NCBI GenBank assembly: GCA_029775855.1
Contig: JARVJZ010000006.1
Location: 96,001 to 160,000 of the forward strand
Length of the DNA: 64,000 nt
Origin: Nitrososphaeria archaeon
GTDB taxonomy: Archaea > Thermoproteota > Nitrososphaeria > Nitrososphaerales > JAAOZN01
Reading direction: 5' to 3'
The translations under genes were made by a program, and so were the position numbers. The notes under the pieces were generated by a model that made no database searches, had not been told where the DNA came from, and was given only the letters and a program-made list of their open reading frames with translations. This document shows positions 39,542-47,833 of this stretch, piece by piece (position 1 is the stretch's first letter; every line of letters starts with the position of its first letter).

Positions 39542-40291
39542 TTGATTAAACGCATCCACATATTAGATTGCGGCACACTTGAAATAGACATGTCATACTT
39601 TACTTGGAAGGTGAACATAGGCAAACCATACCGCTTTCCAGTTTGGTGCACCTACGTGGAGAGCGACGAAGCTAAGATTATGATAGATACTGGCTACAAC
39701 CTTGAAAACGCCTTACAATACTACAGCTGGGAGAAGCCTCAGCAGAGTGAAGAGCAGAGGCTTGACAAACAACTAGCTCTAATCGGTGTGAAGCCAGAAG
39801 ATATAGATATCGTGGTTATAACACACCTCCACTTCGACCACGCAGGCTACCTCTACCTATTCAAGAACGCTAGAATAATCGTGCAAAAAGAGGAGCTAAG
39901 ACATGCCTATGTGCCTGAGCCGTTTGAAGCGATAGGCTACAGCAGACCAACCTTTGACATACCAGGGTTAAAATGGGAGTGTGTTAGCGGAGACCAAAAG
40001 ATAGTCGATGGGCTTAGAACCGTCTTAGCCCCTGGGCACAGCGCTGGGCATCAGATACCCATTATAGATAGTAAAGAGCTTAACACAATAATAATTGAAA
40101 GCGACGTTATAAGCACACGCGCCAACCTAGAGAAGCACATAGTAGGTGGAATACATCTAGACCCGATGGCTCAATACGAATCTATGCTTAAACTTGAGAG
40201 AATCGCCAAAGAGACTGGGGGGAAGATATTTCTAGCGCATGACACTGAATTCTATAACACGCTTAAACGTGGTAAAGAGTATTATACTTAA
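39542..40291 (+). CDS. Metallo-beta-lactamase-fold lactonase, 4-pyridoxolactonase-like
   Basis: THLHFDH, PGHSAGH; RFPV, IDTGY, EKPQQ, PEPFEAIGYS and HLDP..SM resemble Mesorhizobium 4-pyridoxolactonase as recalled. Confidence 0.75.
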   Translation: MIKRIHILDCGTLEIDMSYFTWKVNIGKPYRFPVWCTYVESDEAKIMIDTGYNLENALQYYSWEKPQQSEEQRLDKQLALIGVKPEDIDIVVITHLHFDHAGYLYLFKNARIIVQKEELRHAYVPEPFEAIGYSRPTFDIPGLKWECVSGDQKIVDGLRTVLAPGHSAGHQIPIIDSKELNTIIIESDVISTRANLEKHIVGGIHLDPMAQYESMLKLERIAKETGGKIFLAHDTEFYNTLKRGKEYYT

Positions 40292-40338
40292 GACATTGGA
40301 CTAAGGAGGTCAGCGGATTCGTAAGAGTCCTAGTCAAG

Positions 40339-40587
40339 ATGTTGGGGTTGGGAATATTTACAGAGGGAGAAAACGAGGTTATTGTAGATGCTTATGACGT
40401 CTTTGGTGTGATAGAGGCTCTAAAGAACAAATATCCACTCTTTAAAGAGAAGTTATGTGACCCAAGAACTGGTAGACTATATCCTGGGTTCGACATATTC
40501 GTGAATGAGCATCCTACATTGGATGAGAAGCATGTGTTAAAGGACGGGGACGTTGTAACTATAGTTCCGATCTTTGCTGGTGGATAA
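40339..40587 (+). CDS. MoaD/SAMP ubiquitin-like sulfur carrier
   Basis: IFVNE...LKDGDVVTIVPIFAGG C-terminal diglycine; next to AOR. Confidence 0.88.
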   Translation: MLGLGIFTEGENEVIVDAYDVFGVIEALKNKYPLFKEKLCDPRTGRLYPGFDIFVNEHPTLDEKHVLKDGDVVTIVPIFAGG

Positions 40588-40649
40588 TAGAAAAGAGCTT
40601 ATAATGGGGAATTAAAATCTAATATAGATGCAGATAGGTTGAGTCTAAA

Positions 40650-42524
40650 TTGAGCGATTTTAAATACAAAGGCTACTGCTCTAAACTGCTGAGAGTAAAT
40701 CTAACTTCACAAACCGCTTCTGAAGAACCTTTGAATGAATCTGATGTAGAAAGATTTATCGGTGGTAGAGGACTTGGCGCGAAGATACTTTTTGACGAAG
40801 TCAAAGAAGGCGTTGAACCCCTAAGCCCAGAAAACAAGCTCATAATAACCACTGGACCATTAACGGGAACGAGGGTACCTACTAGTACAAACCGCTTTGT
40901 AATTACAACAAAATCTCCTCTAACAGGTATCTACGGCTTTTCAGTTTCAGGAGGAGCATTTGGCTTAGAGTTAAAGAAGGCTGGATACGATGGATTAGTG
41001 ATAGAAGGCAAAGCGAATAAACCAACATACTTACAGATAGAAGATGGAGAACTACATTTTAGAGACGCAGGCTGGCTCTGGGGCATACCAGTATTCGAAG
41101 CAACCAGGCTTCTGAGAGAAACCTTAGGTTATGACTACAGAACAATAATGATAGGCCCTTCTGGGGAGAAGTTGGTTAAGATCGCAGGCATAATTTCAGA
41201 CGACCGAAGAGCATCAGCAAGGTGTGGTGTTGGAGCGGTAATGGGCTCAAAGCTACTAAAGGCAGTGGCGGTCAAAGGCTCAAAAGAATACACATTTGCA
41301 GACCCCGCTAAATTCGACGAAGCGTTAAAAGAAGCATTCAAGAACATTGGGATACAACCCGGCCCATGGAAGGAGTTCAGACAGACAGGCACCCAATCTG
41401 GGCCGATAAAGAACAACGCTTGGGGTATCTTACCTACAGCTAACTGGCGTGAATCTGTATTCGATAAAGCTGCTGAAATAAGCTACCCTCTGTTAAGAGA
41501 GAGGTTTGTCGTCAAAGATACTGGCTGTAACCAGTGCCCGATAAGATGCACAAAACTAACCTTGGTTAAGGATGGGCCTTATGCTGGTGCTGCAACTGAT
41601 GGGCCTGAGTATGAGACGATTTACGCGTTTGGCAGCGCTTGCAAGATAGGTGACCCGAGACCTATTATAGCGGCTGATATGCTCTGTGACGATCTAGGGC
41701 TTGATACCATGTCTACTGGGCTTACTATAGCTTGGGCTATGGAGGCTCTTGAGAAGAATGCTATCTCAAAGAGCGAGTTGGATGGGTTAAATTTGAGATT
41801 TGGGAGCGACGAAGGACTGCTGAACGCTATCAAGAAGATGGCTTATAGGGATGGAGCATTAGGCAAACTACTTTCAGATGGCGTAAGAGAGGCTGCTAGA
41901 AAGGTTGGGAAAGGCTCCGAAAGCTATGCTATGCACGTTAAGGGTCTTGAGATAGGAGGTTATGACCCAAGAGGCTCAAAGGGGCAGGGATTAGTGTTGG
42001 CTGCTGGTTCAAGAGGCGGATGCCATCACGCATATGGTGTGGCTTCCTTTGTTGAAATACCTCAAGGTACTGCTACAAGCGCTAAAGGAAAGGGGTTGCT
42101 CGTTAAGGGAACATTAAGGGTTAGGGTTATGATAGATTCATCCCCTTTATGCGCCTTCGCAGCATCCAGGGTGCCACCGCCGCTGCTGGCTAGATTAATT
42201 TCAGCTGCCACTGGAATGGAGATGCAGCTCTCTGATTTGGAGAGAGCTGCTGATAGAATAGCGACACTCGAAAGAGCATATAACGCTAGAGAAGGGGTAA
42301 GAAGGGAGCATGACACTCTGCCGGATAGGTTGCTAAAGGAAGCTGTGCCAGATGGGCCGAACAAAGGTGCGGTTCTTACACCTGAAGAACTTGAACTTAT
42401 GAAGACAGAGCTCTATGAAGCCATGGGTTGGGATACTTCTACTGGCATACCTAAGAGGAGCACGCTGGAGGCTTTAGGGTTGGCTGATGTAGCTTCAGAT
42501 CTAGCTAGGGCTGGATGTCTGTAG
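40650..42524 (+). CDS. aor: Tungsten aldehyde:ferredoxin oxidoreductase family (AOR/WOR)
   Basis: IGGRGLG, KSPLTG, GAVMGSKLLKA, CNQCPIRC, GPEYET, DDLGLDT, RGGCH. Confidence 0.93.
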   Translation: MSDFKYKGYCSKLLRVNLTSQTASEEPLNESDVERFIGGRGLGAKILFDEVKEGVEPLSPENKLIITTGPLTGTRVPTSTNRFVITTKSPLTGIYGFSVSGGAFGLELKKAGYDGLVIEGKANKPTYLQIEDGELHFRDAGWLWGIPVFEATRLLRETLGYDYRTIMIGPSGEKLVKIAGIISDDRRASARCGVGAVMGSKLLKAVAVKGSKEYTFADPAKFDEALKEAFKNIGIQPGPWKEFRQTGTQSGPIKNNAWGILPTANWRESVFDKAAEISYPLLRERFVVKDTGCNQCPIRCTKLTLVKDGPYAGAATDGPEYETIYAFGSACKIGDPRPIIAADMLCDDLGLDTMSTGLTIAWAMEALEKNAISKSELDGLNLRFGSDEGLLNAIKKMAYRDGALGKLLSDGVREAARKVGKGSESYAMHVKGLEIGGYDPRGSKGQGLVLAAGSRGGCHHAYGVASFVEIPQGTATSAKGKGLLVKGTLRVRVMIDSSPLCAFAASRVPPPLLARLISAATGMEMQLSDLERAADRIATLERAYNAREGVRREHDTLPDRLLKEAVPDGPNKGAVLTPEELELMKTELYEAMGWDTSTGIPKRSTLEALGLADVASDLARAGCL

Positions 42525-42544
42525 CAAGTTAGCAGATGCTTGTG

Positions 42545-43492
42545 TTAACGCGTCTTCCGCTCACGGAGTATCTTTATTAGATATTCGTCTCTTAGCTTCA
42601 TCACTTCGCTTGCCGACCTCTTTGACCAGTCGTAAAAGCCTTTACCAGTCTTCACACCGAATTCGTTTCTCTCAACCATCTGCTTGACGATATTATGGGG
42701 CTCGGTTGAGTTGTCAAGATCCTTATAGACTATTTTAGAAACTGCATAAAGTATGTTTACACCTGAGAGGTCAACTAGGTCAAAGACACCTAAAACTGGA
42801 AAGCGTGTGCCGAGTGTTTCTTTTATGACCGTATCTATATCCTCTGGTGTGGCTACACCCTTCTCTACAAGAGAAGTTGCTTCCCTTATGATAGCATATA
42901 GGATTCTTATTCCAATCTGACCAGGAATATCTTTGTTCACTACAACAGGCTTTTTCCCGACCTTCTCAAGCAGAGCTTTAGCGGTCTGAATGGTTGCATC
43001 TGAAGTCTTCTCACCTCTAACTATCTCTACAGCTTGAAGTAAGGTTGGTGGGTTCCAGAAATGCGTTCCAACCACCTTATCTGGGCGGTTTGTTGCTGAG
43101 GCTAGTAATGTTATGGGAATGCCTGAAGTGTTGCTTGCAAGAATTGTATGTTGAGGTGCTGATTGATCTAATGTTGTAAAAACACTTCGTTTAACATCGA
43201 CATTCTCTGTGACAGCTTCGACTACAAAGTCTGCACCCCTACCGGCTTCTTTAAGGTCTAAGATTGGGCAGATGTTTGATAGAGCGGCTTTGGCTTCGCT
43301 TTCACTTAGAAGCCCGTATTGAGTAAACTTCTTCAGATCAGATTCTATTGATGAAAGAGCATTGTCAAGTAGAGTCTTATTCACATCATTTAGTAGCACC
43401 TTGTAGCCGGCTTGAGCGAAAACTTGTGCTATACCATGCCCCATAAGGCCAGCTCCTACAACCGCGACTGTTTTAATCTGGTTTAGAGACAT
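42545..43492 (-). CDS. 3-hydroxyacyl-CoA dehydrogenase-family NAD-dependent enzyme (possible FHMPC dehydrogenase-like)
   Basis: GAGLMG, EAVTE..K, SNTSGIPIT, HFWNP, GVKTGKGFY. Confidence 0.85.
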   Translation of the reverse strand: MSLNQIKTVAVVGAGLMGHGIAQVFAQAGYKVLLNDVNKTLLDNALSSIESDLKKFTQYGLLSESEAKAALSNICPILDLKEAGRGADFVVEAVTENVDVKRSVFTTLDQSAPQHTILASNTSGIPITLLASATNRPDKVVGTHFWNPPTLLQAVEIVRGEKTSDATIQTAKALLEKVGKKPVVVNKDIPGQIGIRILYAIIREATSLVEKGVATPEDIDTVIKETLGTRFPVLGVFDLVDLSGVNILYAVSKIVYKDLDNSTEPHNIVKQMVERNEFGVKTGKGFYDWSKRSASEVMKLRDEYLIKILRERKTR

Positions 43493-43599
43493 AAGCTAGC
43501 GTATAGGAAAATTAAGTATTTTAACACTCACTTAATTTGTTGGCGTCAACAGATTTTAGAGGCATAGATATTTTACCTTGTCTAATATATGGTAGCACT

Positions 43600-44430
43600 G
43601 TGAGCGGGCGCTCATCAGAAGAAGAGAAGATTATTGATGCATTAAGGGACTTTGGTCTAACACGCCTACAGGCTGAGGTCTACTTAACATTAAGAAGACT
43701 GGGCTCAGCATACGCAAGGGAACTCATAGCAGAGTTAAAGGCTAACAGAGTTGACATCTACCGTGCATTACGAACCTTACGCAACCTTGAATTGGTAGAG
43801 GTTCAATTAGGTAATCCTACTCGTTTTCAGAGTGTAGCGCCGAGAAACGCGATTGAAGCGCTACTTAATAGAAAAGAAGAAGCGTTGGCAAATCTAAAAG
43901 AGCGAGGTAAAGAAATCTTACCAAAGCTTGAAGCTCTAACACAAGAACCTAAGGCTTTCACACGCACTGAGAAAAGACTATTCTTAAGGCTGCTTTCAGG
44001 TGCACAAGTCTTTCGTAGAGTAGCTGACTTGGTTAAAGATGCTAGGTATGTGTTGAAGATGATTTCTCCTCGAGGGCTCTATTTACACTGGCAGTCTGGG
44101 ATATATGATGCTGAAACCCTTAGTGTGCAGCGTGGGGCTAAGATAAGAATACTAACTTACATCGGTAAGCAGAATGTTGAATGTGTAAGGGAGTATTCCA
44201 ATATAGCTTCTATACGCCACTTGGATGATCTAGCAGCCAGAATAAGGTATATAGTTGTAGATGAAAATCAGCTCGTTTTACCAGTTTCTTCTCCCCCGCA
44301 AGGTTTAAAAGATCCGGTTGTAATTTGGAGTAATAGTTCAACCCTAATAGACAGTTTACTACACGACTTCGACGCTGCTTGGATGAAGGGCGTAGATGCT
44401 GAGAAACGGATAAATGAACTTTGTAAGTAA
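43600..44430 (+). CDS. TrmB-family transcriptional regulator (start probably GTG 43600)
   Basis: FGLT..QAEVY..L, R.DIYRAL..L..LV wHTH; C-terminal IVVDE...W effector domain. Confidence 0.85.
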   Translation: MSGRSSEEEKIIDALRDFGLTRLQAEVYLTLRRLGSAYARELIAELKANRVDIYRALRTLRNLELVEVQLGNPTRFQSVAPRNAIEALLNRKEEALANLKERGKEILPKLEALTQEPKAFTRTEKRLFLRLLSGAQVFRRVADLVKDARYVLKMISPRGLYLHWQSGIYDAETLSVQRGAKIRILTYIGKQNVECVREYSNIASIRHLDDLAARIRYIVVDENQLVLPVSSPPQGLKDPVVIWSNSSTLIDSLLHDFDAAWMKGVDAEKRINELCK

Positions 44431-44483
44431 ACATATGCTACACTACCTACACTTTTACCTAACATCAACTTATCTCCGAAAAT

Positions 44484-45368
44484 ATGCGCTCAACGCTCAG
44501 AAGCTACCTAACCAACAACTTTACATTTGACTACATAGACATAAATCTGATAAAACCATCAAAAATCAACATAAGAAAAGAATTAGGCGACATAAATGGC
44601 CTTATGGCTTCTATAAAAGCGAACGGCTTACTACAACCTATAACAGTCCGCATTTGCGGCGAATATTTTGAAGTGGTTGCCGGTAATAGAAGGCTTGAGG
44701 CTTGTAAGCGACTGAGATGGGCAACCATACCTTGCTTTGTTAAGGATGTAGATGATAAAACAGCGTTCGAGTTATCATTAATAGAAAATGTGCAGCGTAG
44801 AACCCTAAACCCGCTTGAGGAAGCTGAAGCATTCAAACAATATGTGGACGGATATGGATGGGGTGGAATAACAGATCTAGCACATAAGATAGGCAAAAGC
44901 GTTGAGTATGTGTCACATAGACTAAAGCTGCTCGAACTACCTAAAGATGTGCAGAATAAGCTAATCAGCGGCCAGCTTTCACCGAGCTGTGCACAAGAAT
45001 TACTTTGGGTAGAAGACGATGATGCCCGAACTCAGTTAGCATCAACCACCGTCGAGTTAAAGATGTCCACCAAAGAACTTAGATCAGCTGTTAAACTGAT
45101 TAAAAGCGGGTTGAGCGTATCAGAGGCACTACTAGACTTAAGAGAAAATCAATTTAAAAGAAGTGAAGAGTGGGAACAGAAGGTAAAGGTGCTTGAAGAA
45201 GCCATCCTCATCCTCAGAATATGCTTAGTACGCTTCGATGATGTAGTGAAGAAAGCAGCCAAATACCCTAAACTTAGGTCAATGCTCCTAAAAAAGCGGT
45301 ACACAATACATAAACTGATTGACAGCGTCATATACGAGAAAAAAAGAATAGAGAAGGGTTGCGGCTAG
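44484..45368 (+). CDS. Solo ParB/Spo0J-family protein
   Basis: SIKANGLLQPI.VR, VVAGNRRLEAC, ENVQR..LNPLEEA, HTH LAHKIGKSVEYVSHRL. Confidence 0.9.
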   Translation: MRSTLRSYLTNNFTFDYIDINLIKPSKINIRKELGDINGLMASIKANGLLQPITVRICGEYFEVVAGNRRLEACKRLRWATIPCFVKDVDDKTAFELSLIENVQRRTLNPLEEAEAFKQYVDGYGWGGITDLAHKIGKSVEYVSHRLKLLELPKDVQNKLISGQLSPSCAQELLWVEDDDARTQLASTTVELKMSTKELRSAVKLIKSGLSVSEALLDLRENQFKRSEEWEQKVKVLEEAILILRICLVRFDDVVKKAAKYPKLRSMLLKKRYTIHKLIDSVIYEKKRIEKGCG

Positions 45369-46354
45369 CTGAAGTAAGGTATTACATACTCCTTACACAC
45401 CTTAGGCGTAAGCCAAGGATCAGGACTTATTTCAGCCCAGATTACAGTAGATACACCAACCTTGGCATACTCCTCGAATCTGCTTATGATTTGCTCTGGC
45501 TTTGATGCAATGTTGAATGCTGCGATAAGCACATCATCTCTTACAAGGGCTGAACGGCTTTCGATTACACGCGGATCTTGTGTGATTGAGTAGCACTCTG
45601 GTATTAGAACACCTCCGTATAGCCTCGCCTTTTTAAGGGCTTGCTCAAAGTCTGGGTGGTAAGATGTATCTACGAAAGCCATCTTCTCCATCTTATCTGG
45701 ATCTTTACCGGCCTCTCTTGCTGCTGAGTTGAAGGCGGGTAGGATTACGGATTTGAAGTAGTCTGGCGGACCAAGGCTTAAGATCCCATCACAGTATTTA
45801 CCAGCGATCTTAGCCATCTTTACACCTCCAGCTACACCAATCAATGGTATGGGTTGCTTTGGTTTGTCATAAAGGTAGAAGAAAGTTTTGAAGTATCTTC
45901 CTTTGAATGTGAAGTAGTCTTGACTTGTCCAACACTTCTTAATCAGCTGTATAGCCTCTTCAACCCTTGCCACACGCTCAGCATTACTTGGCCACACGCC
46001 AGTAACGGTATTTTCATTCATGGCTTCTCCTGTACCAACATGTAGCCCCACCCTACCTTCGTGCAGAATAGCCATAGTGGCTGTCTGCAAAGCTACATCA
46101 ACGGGATGATTTCTTAAACCTAGAGGCGCAACCATGTAGTGGCAAGCAATCTTGCTGGTGCGCTGTAGATAGGCTTCTGTCATTATGTTTGCTGCTGAGC
46201 AGTGTCCATTAGTGTGGTGCCAAGGTAGCGTATGATCTCCTTCCCACAGTAGGTCGAAGCCTGCATCTTCATATAACGGGACTCTCTTTAGTATGTCGAC
46301 TGGATCGTATTCGACTATAACTGGGCATATACCTATCTTGAGTTTTTTGGGCAT
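45365..46354 (-). CDS. LLM-class, probably F420-dependent dehydrogenase (FGD/Adf-like)
   Basis: DHTLPWHH.GH, VGTGEAMNE. Confidence 0.85.
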   Translation of the reverse strand: MPKKLKIGICPVIVEYDPVDILKRVPLYEDAGFDLLWEGDHTLPWHHTNGHCSAANIMTEAYLQRTSKIACHYMVAPLGLRNHPVDVALQTATMAILHEGRVGLHVGTGEAMNENTVTGVWPSNAERVARVEEAIQLIKKCWTSQDYFTFKGRYFKTFFYLYDKPKQPIPLIGVAGGVKMAKIAGKYCDGILSLGPPDYFKSVILPAFNSAAREAGKDPDKMEKMAFVDTSYHPDFEQALKKARLYGGVLIPECYSITQDPRVIESRSALVRDDVLIAAFNIASKPEQIISRFEEYAKVGVSTVIWAEISPDPWLTPKVCKEYVIPYFS

Positions 46355-46430
46355 AGTTTTTCACAACACTATCATAGTGGTTCGTTTTAGGATTTACGGT
46401 TGAAGAAAGACTTAGCTGACCGTTAAGGTT

Positions 46431-47342
46431 ATGTTAGGCTATGAGGAGCCTCTTTTTGATATGGGAAGTTTACCGCCGTTTGAATATCTTGAGCCATCAA
46501 CCTTACAGTATGCTCTATACATCCTTAACCGCTACGGAGAATCAGCAAGTATCTTGGCTGGAGGCACAGACCTACTTGTTCAGATGCGCGATGGGAAGAA
46601 GACGCCAAAATATGTCGTGAATATCAAAAAAATCCCGCAGTTAGAAGGCATTAGACTTGAAAACGAAGGCGTAGTGATAGGTGCATTAACTACAGTCAAC
46701 AAAATACACGAATCAAACCTTATCAAAGAAAAGTTTCCAGCGCTCCATCAAGCAGCTGGCGTATTAGCATCATATCAAGTGAGAAACAGAGCCACAATAG
46801 GAGGAAATCTCTGCAACGCTTCTCCGGCAGCTGACCTAGCACCTCCACTTCTAATCTACGAAGCAAAGCTGAAGATAGCTGGATTGAAAGGAGAAGATGA
46901 GGTGCCTATAAAGCGCTTCTTCTTAGGACCAGGTAAAACGGTTATAGAGCAGGGGATGATTCTAAAGGAGATCTACATCCCGACCCCTAAAGAACACACA
47001 TACAGTATTCACCTAAAGTTTGGAGAGCGAAGAGCGATGGAGTGTGCAATAATTAATGTAGCCGCATCGATAAGTATTGGAGACAGCATATGCGAAGATG
47101 CGAAGATAGCCTTAGGTTCCGTGGCACCAACACCTATTAGGTCTGAGAATGCTGAGGCTGAGTTGCGTGGAAAGAAGTTAGATGAAGAGGTGATAAAGAG
47201 AGCGGCTGAAGCGGCAGCAAAAGACAGTAAACCAATAAGTGACATTCGTGCTTCTGCAGAGTATAGAAGGGAGATGGTAAAGGTTTTTGTAAGAAGAGCC
47301 TTACATTCACTCATGATAGAGAGTAATATGGGGAATAGATAG
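46431..47342 (+). CDS. XDH/CoxM-like FAD-binding subunit
   Basis: LAGGTDL, QVRNRATIGGNLCNASPAAD, PISDIRASAEYR. Confidence 0.93.
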   Translation: MLGYEEPLFDMGSLPPFEYLEPSTLQYALYILNRYGESASILAGGTDLLVQMRDGKKTPKYVVNIKKIPQLEGIRLENEGVVIGALTTVNKIHESNLIKEKFPALHQAAGVLASYQVRNRATIGGNLCNASPAADLAPPLLIYEAKLKIAGLKGEDEVPIKRFFLGPGKTVIEQGMILKEIYIPTPKEHTYSIHLKFGERRAMECAIINVAASISIGDSICEDAKIALGSVAPTPIRSENAEAELRGKKLDEEVIKRAAEAAAKDSKPISDIRASAEYRREMVKVFVRRALHSLMIESNMGNR

Positions 47343-47350
47343 GTGAAATT

Positions 47351-47833
47351 ATGAAACAGCGTATAAAACTTTTTGTAAACGGCGAAGCATATGAAGTATA
47401 CACCGAACCCAACAGAACACTACTAGATGTTCTAAGAGAAGACCTAGAGTTAACAGGCACAAAAAGAGGCTGTGACTCAGGGGAATGCGGTGCATGCACA
47501 GTACTTCTAAACGGTAAACCAGTAAACTCCTGCCTAATACTAGCACCAGAAGTAGATGGGCAGAGCGTAGTCACGATAGAAGGAATAAGCAAACCTAACC
47601 TACCCCTACATCCAGTGCAAGAAGCGTTCATCGAAAAATGGGCTATACAATGCGGCTTCTGCACACCTGGCATGGTAATTTCCGCTAAAGCGCTTTTAGA
47701 TCGAAATCCAGAGCCTTCTGAGGAGGAGATTAAGCTGGCTTTAGCGGGTAATCTATGTAGATGTACGGGTTATGTGAAGATTGTTGAAGCGGTTAAGGCT
47801 GCTGCTGAAAAGATGAAGGAGGGAAGAAGTTGA
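47351..47833 (+). CDS. XDH/CoxS-like 2x[2Fe-2S] subunit
   Basis: GCDSGECGACTV..NSC, QCGFCTPG, GNLCRCTGY. Confidence 0.95.
   Translation: MKQRIKLFVNGEAYEVYTEPNRTLLDVLREDLELTGTKRGCDSGECGACTVLLNGKPVNSCLILAPEVDGQSVVTIEGISKPNLPLHPVQEAFIEKWAIQCGFCTPGMVISAKALLDRNPEPSEEEIKLALAGNLCRCTGYVKIVEAVKAAAEKMKEGRS

Noticed and set aside
39542-40291. Quorum-quenching AHL lactonase
   Set aside because: Same family, but specific motifs and context favour a metabolic lactonase; not fully excluded
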